From an uncultured Verrucomicrobiae bacterium (GTDB lineage: Bacteria > Verrucomicrobiota > Verrucomicrobiia > Chthoniobacterales > UBA10450), in NCBI GenBank assembly GCA_963815455.1, contig CAWFGO010000001.1:1312001-1376000 (forward strand): a stretch of 64,000 nucleotides of DNA, written 5' to 3'. Both the position numbers and the translations under genes were made by a program. Under the pieces are notes generated by a model. It did not search any database and was not told where the DNA came from. It was given only the letters and a program-made list of their open reading frames with translations. Positions 9,512-19,946 of the stretch are shown piece by piece (the stretch's first letter is position 1; each line of letters opens with the position of its first letter).

Positions 9512-10206
9512 TCGATAGCGACGACCATCAGCCGTTCATCATTCGCAGCTACCGCAAATCGGATCGCGAATCCGTGCGAAAGTTGTGCTGCAATACGGGT
9601 TTCCTGGGCGAGCCGATCGATCCGGTTTACGAGGATCGACAATTGTTCGCCGATTTCCTCACAACTTATTATACGGACTGGGAACCGGAATCTTCGTTCG
9701 TGGTGGAAATCAATGGAGAGATTCGCGGTTATCTGCTCGGGTGCCGCAAACCATTGTGGAACCAGCTCTACTCGTTCTGGCAAAACATATCGCTCTTTTT
9801 GAAAGCGCTTACTCGTTATTTCCGCTACAACGCGCGGTCGCGCCGATTCGTGCGCTGGACGCTCGTGCACGGCTGGCGCGAAGTTCCCGCCGCGCCGAGG
9901 CGAACTCCGCATTTTCACGTTAATCTGTTGCCGGACGCGCGAAAAATGTCCACCACCCGGGCGTTGATGAGCGCGTATTTGAGTTACCTCTATCGCTGCG
10001 GCGAGAAGCATGTTTATGGACAGATCGTGACCTTCGAGAGCCGGCGCGGCGAACGAATGTTCGAACGTTACGGCTTCAAAGTGGTGAACCGGGCCGAGAT
10101 CACAAAATACAAGGCGTTTCATCCGGAATCGGTTTACCTGAGCACTGTCATCAAGAACCTGGAAACGGCCGAGCCGCTCTCTGTTACAACGCGGTCACGT
10201 CCGTAG
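9508..10206 (+). CDS. GNAT-family N-acetyltransferase
   Basis: IRSYRKSDRE, FVVEINGEIRGY, HFHVNLLP, FERYGF. ATGA-coupled to GT4. Confidence 0.7.
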   Translation: MIDSDDHQPFIIRSYRKSDRESVRKLCCNTGFLGEPIDPVYEDRQLFADFLTTYYTDWEPESSFVVEINGEIRGYLLGCRKPLWNQLYSFWQNISLFLKALTRYFRYNARSRRFVRWTLVHGWREVPAAPRRTPHFHVNLLPDARKMSTTRALMSAYLSYLYRCGEKHVYGQIVTFESRRGERMFERYGFKVVNRAEITKYKAFHPESVYLSTVIKNLETAEPLSVTTRSRP

Positions 10207-10233
10207 CATCGGCGTTCGGTAAGACCTAAGCGT

Positions 10234-11253
10234 ATGTTTCGCTTTGCGATTTTTTGGACTGCTTTCGCTGCCGGGATGTTTTCAGTTGGCGCCGCGTCGA
10301 AAGATTATCAGGTTTACATCACCAACGAGCGTTCGGGTGACGTGACTGTGATCGACGGAGCGACCGACGCGGTTGTGGCGACTTTTCCAGTTGGCAAACG
10401 TCCCCGCGGGATTCAAGTGACTCCGGACGGGAAACGGATTTTGGTGGCGTTGAGCGGTTCGCCGCGAATGGCCCCGGGCGTGGATACGGAGCGGGCGCAG
10501 GCCGACAAGGCCGCGGATGGTCTCGGCGTAATCGATCCGGCGTCACGAAAATTGATCGATCGCTGGCATGTCGGATCCGATCCCGAGCAATTCGCGATCA
10601 GTAAAGACGGTAAATTGGCAATTGTCGCGAACGAGGATGATGCCAGTGCGTTGATTGTCGATCTTGGCTCGGGCCAATCGCGTGGAAAAGTGAAAGTCTC
10701 GGAAGAGCCCGAAGGCGTCGGGGTGAATCCAAAGAATGGCGAGGTGTATGTCACGTGCGAAGAAAAAGGCGACGTGTTCGTGATTGCGCCGGACGAACAA
10801 CGCGTAGTGGCAAAAATTGAAACCGGAGGCCGGCCGCGGTCGGTCGCATTTTTGCCGGATGGTTTGCGAGCTTATGTCGCTTGCGAGAACGGCGGCTACG
10901 TGGCGGTGGTCGATGCGGTAACGCGCACATTGATTTCGAAAATCCAACTGGCCCAAGGTTCGTTACCGATGGGAACGGGGGTTTCGGCCGATGGCAAAGA
11001 GCTTTACGTCTCGACCGGACGCGCGAAAAATGTGGCGGTCATCGACACCGGGACGAACACGGTGGTCGCCACAATTCCGGTTGGAACGCGAGCCTGGGGA
11101 ATTGCCCTTAGCCCGGACGGCTCCAAGCTTTACACCGCCAACGGCGCTTCCAACGACGTTTCCGTTGTCGATGTGAAGGCGAGAAAAGAATTGAAGCGGA
11201 TCAAGGCGGGTGGCGGACCGTGGGGTGTTGCGGTCGTTTCCGCGCCAAAATAG
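10234..11253 (+). CDS. Secreted YVTN beta-propeller, PQQ-catabolism-associated (TIGR03866-like)
   Basis: Signal peptide and YITN/YVT/YTAN repeats; PVGKRPRG, GSDPEQFA, ANEDD, EPEG motifs. Close to the pqq genes. Confidence 0.8.
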   Translation: MFRFAIFWTAFAAGMFSVGAASKDYQVYITNERSGDVTVIDGATDAVVATFPVGKRPRGIQVTPDGKRILVALSGSPRMAPGVDTERAQADKAADGLGVIDPASRKLIDRWHVGSDPEQFAISKDGKLAIVANEDDASALIVDLGSGQSRGKVKVSEEPEGVGVNPKNGEVYVTCEEKGDVFVIAPDEQRVVAKIETGGRPRSVAFLPDGLRAYVACENGGYVAVVDAVTRTLISKIQLAQGSLPMGTGVSADGKELYVSTGRAKNVAVIDTGTNTVVATIPVGTRAWGIALSPDGSKLYTANGASNDVSVVDVKARKELKRIKAGGGPWGVAVVSAPK

Positions 11254-11337
11254 GCGTGGAACTTGCGGCAATTCCTTGGGAAAGCGAAGGCGGCGTGCTA
11301 CAGTTTTAGTTCGCAATCGTAGAATCAAGGGGGAGCC

Positions 11338-13364
11338 GTGAGATATTCCTATTCGAACATTATTCGTGTCAGCTTGTCGATCCTGGTGATTCCAATTCTT
11401 TCGGCAAACGCATCGGTCAACGTCACTCAGCTTCATAACAATCCTTCACGTGACGGACTCTACATAGCTCCCGCGTTCACGCAGTCGGCATCGGCCAACC
11501 TCACACGCGACACAGGCTTCAATGGCGCAATTGTCGGCAACGTTTACGCTCAGCCGCTATACGTCGAGGGCGGACCGAACGGGCCAATGGTGATCGCGGT
11601 GACCGAGTCTAACAATGTTTACGCCCTCAATGCCACGACCGGTGCCATCATCTGGCAGCGAAATGTCGGGACGCCCGTAACATCGGGTCTCCCCTGCGGG
11701 AACATTAATCCGCTCGGGATCACCGGCACCCCGGTCATTGATCTCGCATCGCGCTCGCTCTTCTTCGACGCGGAAGTTACCGGAGCTGGGCACCAAATTT
11801 TTTCCCTCAACGTCGACACGGGCGCAACCAACGCCGGCTGGCCTGTGACCGTAAGTAGCGTGGTGTCTGGGTTCGATTCGGATCGATCGCAAAGTCAACG
11901 CGCTGCGCCTGCCATCGCAGGGAACACTCTTTATGTGCCGTACGGCGGACGCTTCGGCGATTGCGGTAGCTACCGCGGCCGGGTCGTCGGCGTACAAATC
12001 AACAATCCTTCCAGCGTGATGTCTTTTGCCACAACATCGACGCGGGCGGGAATATGGGGACCTGGCGGCATCGCCAGTGACGGCACCAACATTTTCGTTA
12101 CCACCGGTAACGGCGCTGGCGGAGCGACATGGAATGGAAGCGAAGCAGTGATTCGTCTCCAACCCGGACCCGTGTTCTCCGGCTCGACCACCGATTACTG
12201 GGCGCCGACCAATTGGGCGTCGCTCGATTCTGGCGATGTCGATCTCGGCGGCTCCGGCCCAATCCTCGTGGATGTTCCCGGCGCCACGCCGTCGGCCTTG
12301 GTCGTGGCATTGGGCAAGGATGGCAACGCATACTTACTGAATCGAAGCAGCTCTCGGCGGAGTTGGCGCACCAGTTGCCTCGTCCAACGTGAACAGTGGC
12401 AGCATCATTCAGGCGGCCGTCAGTTACCGGACCGCCACGGCCACATATGTGGTTTTTCGCGGCAGCAGCAGTGCAACCAGAAGCTTCCGTATCAATGCCA
12501 CCAGTCCGCCGACCATCACCAGCACGTGGTCAGTGACCGGACAGAGCGGTCGCAGTTCGCCAATCGTCACTTCTACCGACGGCACAAATAACTCGGTCGT
12601 GTGGGTGGTCGGTTCCGCAGGTGACCAGAGGCTGCATGGTTACAATGGAGACACCGGGGCGGTTATCTTCAACGGTGGAGGCGCTAACGAGTTGATGACG
12701 GGGACTCGCGGCTACAACGCCAACGCGATCGCTGCTCGACAGCACATTTATGTCGCCGGTGACAACAAGGTCTTTTCTTTTAGCGTCCCGGTCGCGGCCA
12801 TTGCAGATTGCATCAACGGTTTCGCGCAAAGACCACGCCGGCGCGGGCACGTTCGATATTCCTATGCCCGGGATTGAATCTCGTAGCGGCGGCGGGAGCG
12901 GCGATTACACGCTTGTATTCACGTTTAGCAACAACATCGAGAGCGGTAATGCCAGCGTGACCGGGGGCGCCGGCACCATTTCGGGCACGCCGACTGTTTC
13001 CGGCAATACGATGACGGTTAACCTGACTGGCGTCACCAACGCCCAATCGGTCACCGTTACCCTGAACGGCGTGACCGATCAGTTCCTGCAAGTTCTACCC
13101 GATACACCGGTAACCATGGGTGTCCTGATCGGCGACACCAGCGCCAATGGCGTTGTCAATGCTAGCGACGTTGCGCAGACCAAGGGTCAGCTTGGGCAGT
13201 CGGTGACTGGCGGCAATTTCCGGACGGATGTGAACGCCAACGGGGCAATCAACGGCACGGACGTTAGCGTCGTGAAGTCGCACATTGGAGAAAGCCTCAG
13301 CGCACCGGAGGGCAAGAGCGCCGGGAATCGGCGCCGGCCTGCAAGAACGGCCCGTAACCCATAA
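11338..13364 (+). CDS. Secreted PQQ-like beta-propeller protein with C-terminal dockerin-like domain (paralogue 1; two +1 indels near 12351 and 12796)
   Basis: Signal peptide; VNVTQLHNNPSRDG; VYALNATTGAIIWQ PQQ-type blades; tail GDTSANGVVNASDV...DVNANGAINGTDV (duplicated EF-hand-like dockerin). Three ORF-track frames join into about 674 aa. Confidence 0.8.
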
Positions 13365-13366
13365 CC

Positions 13367-15391
13367 ATGAAAAATTTATTCTTTTGCGCCGCAAGTCTTT
13401 GTCTGGCTCTAATCAATGCGCGCGGCGCGGTGAATGTCACCCAGGAGCATAACAATCTTTCGCGTGACGGCGTCTATGTCGATGCTGCCTTCACTCCAGC
13501 CGCGGCGGCGAATCTGACCCGGGACACGAATTTCAATGGTGTGATCGTGGGCAACGTGCTGGCCCAGCCGCTTTACATCGAGGGCGGGCCGAATGGTCCA
13601 ATGGTGATCGCGGTTACGGAATCGAATAACGTTTATGCGCTGAACGCGATTACCGGTAACATCATTTGGCAGAGGAATGTCGGCGCAGCAGTTCCGACCT
13701 CGCAGCTTCCATGCGGAACTATTAATCCACTCGGGAATCAGCGACACGCCGGCTGTCGATCTTGCCTCTCGCGCTCTCTTTTTCGATGCGATGACGACGC
13801 CCGATGGCGGCACGACCAAACAGCATCTCATTTTCTCGCTCAATGTGGACACAGGCGCGACCAACGCTGGCTGGCCGGTAAATGTGACCAGCGCGTTGCC
13901 CGCCTTCAATGCCGACCACCACAACAACCGCGGCGCGGTGGCGGTGGTGAACGGCATCGTGTATACCACCTACTCTGGGCACAACGGGGATTGCACGCCC
14001 TTACCACGGCTGGGTGGTTGGCGTGCAAATCAACAATCCCTCGGCCGTTATGGGCTGGGCGACGGCGGCTGTCGGTGGCGGAATCTGGGGACACTCCGGC
14101 GTGGCCAGCGACGGCACGAACATGTATGTGATCACGGGAAACACTTTCGGCACCGGTGGTACTTGGGGCGGCGGCGAAGCAATCATTCGTCTGCAGGCCG
14201 GACCTGTCTTCGCGGGCAACAGCACGAATTATTGGGCGCCGACAAACTGGCTCACTCTCGACAACACCGATACTGATCTCGGCGGCTGCAGCGCGATGCT
14301 TATCGACGTTCCCGGCGCGACGCCTTCAGCAACTCGTGCTGGCGCTTGGCAAGGATCGAAACGCTTATCTCCTTAATCGCAATAATCTCGGCGGAATCGC
14401 CGCGCCGCTTGCTTCGGCGAGTGTTTCCAGCTCGACCTTGCGAGGGCAATCCTCCTGTCACGTATCGCACTAGCATGGGGACCTATTTCAATTTCCGCGC
14501 GGGCACGAGCAACATGCTGGTAACTTATCGGATCAATCCCGGCAACTCCGCCGACCATGAGCAGCGCCTGGCTGGTTACTCAGTCCGGCGAAGGCTCGCC
14601 CTTTGTCACTTGTACGGACGGAACCAACAATTTCATCGTCTGGTGCGGCGGGCGCCGGCGGTTCACAGCGACTGAATGGTTACAACGGCGATACCGGCGC
14701 ATTGATTTTTTCCGGCGGCGGCGCAAACGAACTGATGACCGGCACGCGCAAATGGAACACCGGAATCGCCGCTCGCGGCCGGATTTATTACGCAGCCGAA
14801 CAACCGAGTTTACGCCTTCAAGGTGCCTTTCAACGCGCTCACTTTTTCTTCCGCCGTTTCGCGCAAGAATCATGGCGGATCAAACTTACGATATTTCGCT
14901 GCCCGGCATTGAGATGCCGCAGCGGCGGCGCGAGTGGCGATTACACACTCGTCTTACTTTCAGCAATAACATCGAGAGCGGCAACGCCAGCGTCACTGGC
15001 GGGACCGGCAACGTTTCCGGAAGCCCGACTTTTTCTGGCAACACTATGACAGTGAATCTGACAGGCGTCACCAGCTCCGCAGTCGCTCGGTGACAGTGAC
15101 CTTGTCTGGCGTGACGGATCAGTTTCTGCAAAGATTGTCCAGATACCCCAGTAACCATGAGCGTCCTGATCGGTGACACTAACGCTAATAGCATCGTTAA
15201 CGCGAGCTGATGTCGCCCAGACAAAAGGCCAACTTGGCTGCCCGTGACCGGCAGCAATTTCCGTGACAGATGTGAACGCTAATGGCGCGATCAACGGAAC
15301 TGATGTCAGCGTAGTGAAGTCGCATATTGGAGAAAACGTCGGCGCAGCGGAAGCCAAAGGCGGCGGGAATCGGGCGGGGCTTACGAAATAG
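13367..15391 (+). CDS. Secreted PQQ-like beta-propeller/dockerin protein (paralogue 2; many indels, either pseudogene or sequencing error)
   Basis: Collinear with paralogue 1 throughout (VNVTQEHNNLSRDG, GPNGPMVIAVTESNNVYAL, YWAPTNW, DVNANGAINGTDVSVVKSHIG). At least eight frame breaks; ends TAG at 15389-15391. Confidence 0.72.
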
Positions 15392-15402
15392 CTGGCCGCA
15401 AT

Positions 15403-16495
15403 TCACTCCTCGGGTTGACTTCGATATTTCCAATCGCCCGGATCGCCGTTTCGTAGGCTGGTTTCTTCCAACACCGAATCTATCCGCGCGCGATTTGGCG
15501 ATAACGTGCAGACCGGGTCCGTGTTCGCGGCATTTCCGGTCAGCAACGCCGCCTGACACCGGCAGCCGCCGAAATCGATTTCTCTTTGCGGGCAACTCTG
15601 GCACGGCTCGGGCATCCATTCTGTTCCGCGGAAACGATTGAAACTTTCCGATTCTCGCCAAATCCATTCCAGCGATCGTCGCGCGGACATTTTCGAAACG
15701 CATATCGGGAATTGCGGACGAGGCGGTCGGGCAAGGCAACACATCGCCGATCGGATTGACTGTGAGATAGCGCTGGCCCCAGCCATTCAAGCATGGCTTC
15801 GGCCGGGTCTCATAATAATCGGGAAGCACATAGAAGATGTCGATCTTCCCGGCCAGGCGCGCTTTCGCTGCCGTCGCGACCTCGCGCGCGCGATCGACTT
15901 GTTCACGGGTCGGAAGCAGCGCGGCGCGATTCAGAAATGCCCAACCGTAAAATTGCACGTTGGCCAGCTCGACCCGTTCCGCTCCGAGTGTTTCCGTCAG
16001 ATCGATCATTTGCGACAGGCGATCGATATTATGCCGGTGAATCACAAAATTGAGGCTGAGCGAAATTCCGGCCGCGCGGATCGCTGCCGCAGCTTCCAAT
16101 TTTTTCCGATGAGCCCTGCCGCCGGCGATTTCGTCGGCAAGATCGACATCATCCGATTGGAAACTTAGCTGAACGGAATCGAGGCCGGCGTCGAGCAATT
16201 CTTTGGCGCGATTCTCGTCCAACCCAACACCGCTGGTGATGAGATTGGCATAAAGGTTCGAATCGCGGGCGCCGCGAACAAGCTGCGACAGATCTCGCCT
16301 AACGAGCGGCTCGCCTCCCGAAAACCCGGTCTGCAACACCCCCAGCTCGGACGCTTCACGAAAAACGCGGCGCCATTCATCCGTTGTCAGCTCGTGATCG
16401 CTCCGCAGTTGAGTCGGGTTCGAGCAATAGGGGCAATGCAACGGGCAACGATACGTAAGCTCGGCCAGCAAAGCGTATGGACGCGGCGCCGTCAT
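15403..16495 (-). CDS. pqqE: PqqE radical SAM peptide cyclase; one indel near 15680
   Basis: [36 protein letters not shown]; the SPASM tail CQSC...DFGGCRCQA...DPVC lies in the second frame. Confidence 0.93.
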
Positions 16496-16770
16496 TCGAG
16501 CTCAACGAGTTTGCGACGATGGAGATCTCCCAGAGCTTCCCGCACATCGACTGCGAGCGTGGCAAGATCGACATCGTAGTCCCTGGACAACTCGCCGACG
16601 ATCTCGCCGAGTGATCGACCATCGCAGCGAGTGAGAATGTCCTGCGCCGTTTCATTCAATTCCAGGATTCCCTCCGGATAAAGCAGCACGCCTTTCCCGG
16701 TAGTGCCGTCGATTTGTAACCGCACACCGCGGGCGAGGCGCGGCGTCGCGGCATCAGCGATTTCCGGCAT
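16492..16770 (-). CDS. pqqD: PqqD peptide chaperone
   Basis: PRLARGVRL, VLLYPEGILELNETA.DIL..CDG. Lies between pqqC and pqqE; start may be 16770 or 16788. Confidence 0.9.
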   Translation of the reverse strand: MPEIADAATPRLARGVRLQIDGTTGKGVLLYPEGILELNETAQDILTRCDGRSLGEIVGELSRDYDVDLATLAVDVREALGDLHRRKLVELE

Positions 16771-17455
16771 AAGCGCGATGGATGGCATCGAGAATCGACC
16801 AGAGAATATCGCACTTGAGCTGAAGTGCGCTCACCGCTTCGCGCTGGAGTTCGGGCGTGTTGCAATGCTCCAGGGTTATGGCGAGCGCTTCGTCAGAATC
16901 GCGACGCGCCTGGGTGACCCGACGCCGGAAATAATCGAGACCGCTTGCATTGATCCAGGTATAGAATTTTTCAAAAGCCGCGAGGCGCGCTGCCATTAGA
17001 TCTGGCGCAAACAATTCGGTTAATGACGAAGCGACGGCCACCGACCACGGCCGCGCGCGAGCCAGATCTACATAGGCATCGATCGCGAAACGCACTCCCG
17101 GTAACAGATGTCGATCCTCCAACAGGTCAGTGCGCGATAGCCCACACGCGTCGCCGAGGCGCAACCACGCTTCGATCCCGCCTTCGTTTTCGGAGTTCCC
17201 ATCGTGATCGACGATCCGATGGATCCAGGCCCGACGCACGTCCCGCAGCGGACAATTGGAAAGGATCGCCGCGTCTTTGAGCGGAATATTGCGTTGATAA
17301 TAAAACCGGTTCGCCACCCATCCGCGCAACGCCTCGGGCGAAAGCCGGCCTTCATTCATGGCCACATGAAATGGATGCTTGTTGTGATAAGCGCGCCCGC
17401 CAACTTCGCGCAGTTTCGCGGTAAAGGTTTCGCGGTCCCAAAGCCCGGTGGTCAC
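16754..17455 (-). CDS. pqqC: PqqC pyrroloquinoline-quinone synthase
   Basis: YHNKHPFH, WVANRFYYQ..IPLKDAAI, RIVDHDG, SSLTELFAP. Confidence 0.95.
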   Translation of the reverse strand: MTTGLWDRETFTAKLREVGGRAYHNKHPFHVAMNEGRLSPEALRGWVANRFYYQRNIPLKDAAILSNCPLRDVRRAWIHRIVDHDGNSENEGGIEAWLRLGDACGLSRTDLLEDRHLLPGVRFAIDAYVDLARARPWSVAVASSLTELFAPDLMAARLAAFEKFYTWINASGLDYFRRRVTQARRDSDEALAITLEHCNTPELQREAVSALQLKCDILWSILDAIHRAYAGNR

Positions 17456-18288
17456 AAAACGATCTCCATTCCGTCGTAGGCGGTCTCGATACCCGCCCGC
17501 TCAACTTCCGTTCGTTCTCTCGATCCCGGCATAAGAATTGGATTGGTATTATTGATATGCGTGTAAATTTTCCGCCGCGCCGGCAAATCGCGCAAGAACT
17601 CGAGGCTACCGTGGTTAATCGGCAAATGATTCATTTCCCGCGCGCTTCGCGCCTCGGGACGAAAAGCGCGCAATTCATCTTCATCCCAAAATGTGCCGTC
17701 GAACAGGACGAGGTCGGAAGTATTGACTGCCTCGCCAAGTTGATCGGTTAGTTCACCCACGGCAGGTGCAACCAGGGCGACTGCTTTCGAGGATTCATCG
17801 CGTAATTGAAAGGCAACGCTTTTCCGGAGTTCAATCGCACGAAACTCGATGCCGCTGCCCAATGGCTGAAATTCGGTGCTCGTTGTTCGCCATTCAATTC
17901 CACAGAAACGATCGAGGATCTTGTCGATCCAATTTAGCGTCGCGCGGGTTTCATCGTTCGCGTAAACGACCAGGGGCGTTTCCTGTTGCCGCAACAGCAG
18001 TAAACCGAGTGCATGATCGATATCGGCGTTGGTAAGCAAGACCCCGGCGATCGGACTATTGCGTGATGTTTTTTCGCAAGGCTGAAGAGCGGGCGCGCTT
18101 TCAATTTGCTTTGCCAGATCAGGCGAAGCGTTGATTAGAAACCAGTTCCGGTCATCGCCGCTCACTGCGACACTGGATTGCGTTTGCGGCGAAATTTTTC
18201 CAGCCCGTGCCGCAACGCAGTTCGGGCAAGCGCAATTCCATTGCGGCAGGCCGCCACCGGCCGCGCTCCCGAGAACTCGAATGCGAAT
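17452..18288 (-). CDS. pqqB: PqqB (metallo-beta-lactamase fold); apparent ATT start
   Basis: Open frame extends upstream of the tracked ORF: (I)RIRVLGSAAGGGLPQWNCACPNC...TQSSVAV, NASPDL, NADIDHALGL, THINNTNP. Confidence 0.92.
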   Translation of the reverse strand: MRIRVLGSAAGGGLPQWNCACPNCVAARAGKISPQTQSSVAVSGDDRNWFLINASPDLAKQIESAPALQPCEKTSRNSPIAGVLLTNADIDHALGLLLLRQQETPLVVYANDETRATLNWIDKILDRFCGIEWRTTSTEFQPLGSGIEFRAIELRKSVAFQLRDESSKAVALVAPAVGELTDQLGEAVNTSDLVLFDGTFWDEDELRAFRPEARSAREMNHLPINHGSLEFLRDLPARRKIYTHINNTNPILMPGSRERTEVERAGIETAYDGMEIVL

Positions 18289-18306
18289 CGGTTTACCCCC
18301 GGCCGA

Positions 18307-18396
18307 TCAGATCGCGCCCGCGTAACAGGTGCACTCGAAAAAAATCGGCACGCTTTTCACCGCGGGTTTGATCCACTTTTTCCTGGTATTTTTCAT
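18307..18396 (-). CDS. pqqA: PqqA precursor peptide (29 aa)
   Basis: MKNTRKKWIKPAVKSVPIFFECTCYAGAI*. Has W-x-K-P and the E-x3-Y core, directly upstream of pqqB. Confidence 0.9.
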   Translation of the reverse strand: MKNTRKKWIKPAVKSVPIFFECTCYAGAI

Positions 18397-18543
18397 TAAT
18401 CTTAGAGTTTTCCCTTATAGCTCCGGCCGCAGCCGCTTGCAACAAGTTTCAGTCTCCAGTCGTTATAGCAGCAGGATCGGTGCTTGTGCTTGCACCGTCC
18501 AGGCGTTGTTTTCATGAGACGACAATCGGATTACATCGGCCGT

Positions 18544-18589
18544 TTGTGAAAGACTATGTTCCTTGCCTCAGCATGGGCCGCAGGGATAG
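18544..18589. promoter_or_regulatory. Putative LysR operator/divergent promoter (copy 1)
   Basis: TTGTGAAAGACTATGTTCCTTGCCTCAGCAT-N11-ATAG; T-N11-A box just upstream of lysR, with a near-copy at 21301. Confidence 0.6.
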
Positions 18590-18599
18590 TCTGCAGCCG

Positions 18600-19502
18600 G
18601 TGGAACTTCGCCACTTGCGCTACTTCGTTGCCGTGGCCGAGATGGAAAACGTCTCGCGCGCGGCGATGCAACGATTGCACGTATCGCAACCGTCGTTGAG
18701 CCGGCAGATTCGCGATCTCGAGGAGGAAATCGGCGTGCCGTTACTCGAACGCACTGCGAAGTCGGTTCGCCTTACGGACGCCGGTCGCGTCTTTCTCGAC
18801 GAAGCCCGCGCGATTCTGAAGCACGCCGATGATGCGGTGGGGAAAGCCCGCGCGACTGCCGGCAAAGGCGAGACCGAACTGCACATCGGCGACTGGCCGT
18901 TGGCCACGGATCGGCTGATGCCTGCACTTCTTCGCGACTACCGAGAAGCGATGCCCGCCGTGCGCGTGACGCTGCACGATTGGCCGGTGGAAAAGAACAT
19001 CGCGGGCGTGCGCGATGGCCGGTTGCAGCTAGCCATTCTTGTCACTCCGTTCAAAGCAAACGCGCTCGAAGACCTCCGTTTCGAGCAACTGACATCTATC
19101 CGGGTTTGCCTGGCGGTTTCATCCAATCATTCCTTCGCGCGGCGGCAGTCGGTTTCGCTGGCCGACGGGGCGCGCGAACCTTTCATTGGACTAACGTCCG
19201 ATGAATGGCCCCGTTACCAGGAATACCTGTCGGCCATCTTTGCCCGCGTGAACGACAAGCCGCGGGTCGTGGAGGAGCACGACGGTTGGTCCGGTGTTTT
19301 TTCCGCCGTCAGCGCCGGCGCGGGAGTCGCGATCACCTCGAGCGTGTTCAGTCATCCGTCCGCCGATCAGATCAAACTTGTGCGACTGACGCCTGAACCA
19401 AAGCGCGTCGCCCTCGGAATCCTGATGCGAAAAGGAAGACTCAGCCCAGCCGCGGAGAACTTCTGCCAATGCGCGAAAGAAGCGTTCGCGTCGCTTCGTT
19501 AA
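18600..19502 (+). CDS. LysR-family transcriptional regulator
   Basis: (V)ELRHLRYFVAVAE...VSQPSLSRQIRDLEEEIGVPLLER...LTDAG HTH. GTG start at 18600. Confidence 0.93.
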   Translation: MELRHLRYFVAVAEMENVSRAAMQRLHVSQPSLSRQIRDLEEEIGVPLLERTAKSVRLTDAGRVFLDEARAILKHADDAVGKARATAGKGETELHIGDWPLATDRLMPALLRDYREAMPAVRVTLHDWPVEKNIAGVRDGRLQLAILVTPFKANALEDLRFEQLTSIRVCLAVSSNHSFARRQSVSLADGAREPFIGLTSDEWPRYQEYLSAIFARVNDKPRVVEEHDGWSGVFSAVSAGAGVAITSSVFSHPSADQIKLVRLTPEPKRVALGILMRKGRLSPAAENFCQCAKEAFASLR

Positions 19503-19531
19503 GTCCGACTTCGTTCGTTAGGCGCAGCGTG

Positions 19532-19943
19532 CTACCCGCGCGCGTGCATCGACATCAGCTCGCTCCGGCGGGCTTCGCTGAATGTTTTAAGCGGATCACT
19601 GCCTTCGTCGTGCACGCGCTGATGCAGTTCTTCGAGCGAGACATTCGGCGCGAAATATTGCTCGATGATGAGCGTCACGACCGTTTGCGCCTGCGCCAGC
19701 ACCGCCTCCGAGGCGGACAGCCGGATGCGGTTGAGCGAGGCATAGATCGAGCGAATCCATCACATGCTTCGAGCATACGTCGATGAAATCGCCGTAGAGC
19801 GCTTCGTGTTTGCTGACCTCCGCCCGGACTTGTTCGCGCCTAGCGTGTGTTTTTTGCGTGACCCAGGCGGTCGCGAAGCTGGCCGAACCGCCGCAGATGG
19901 TGCCGATAATGCCAGTGAATGCAGTGACGAGCGCCGCGTCCAT
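19532..19943 (-). pseudogene. Unknown membrane-anchored protein, copy 1, frameshifted by a 35-bp deletion
   Basis: Aligns with 58583..59032 but lacks 35 nt lying between two TCGA tetramers near 19750. Confidence 0.7.
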
Positions 19944-19946
19944 GAA

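Noticed and set aside
11338..15391. Cellulosome
   Set aside because: Dockerin-like tails are present, but no cohesin, scaffoldin or secreted glycoside hydrolase is in the window.
15197..15402. Extended PqqE C-terminus overlapping the propeller gene
   Set aside because: Artefact of the indel near 15680; the true SPASM tail ends at 15403.
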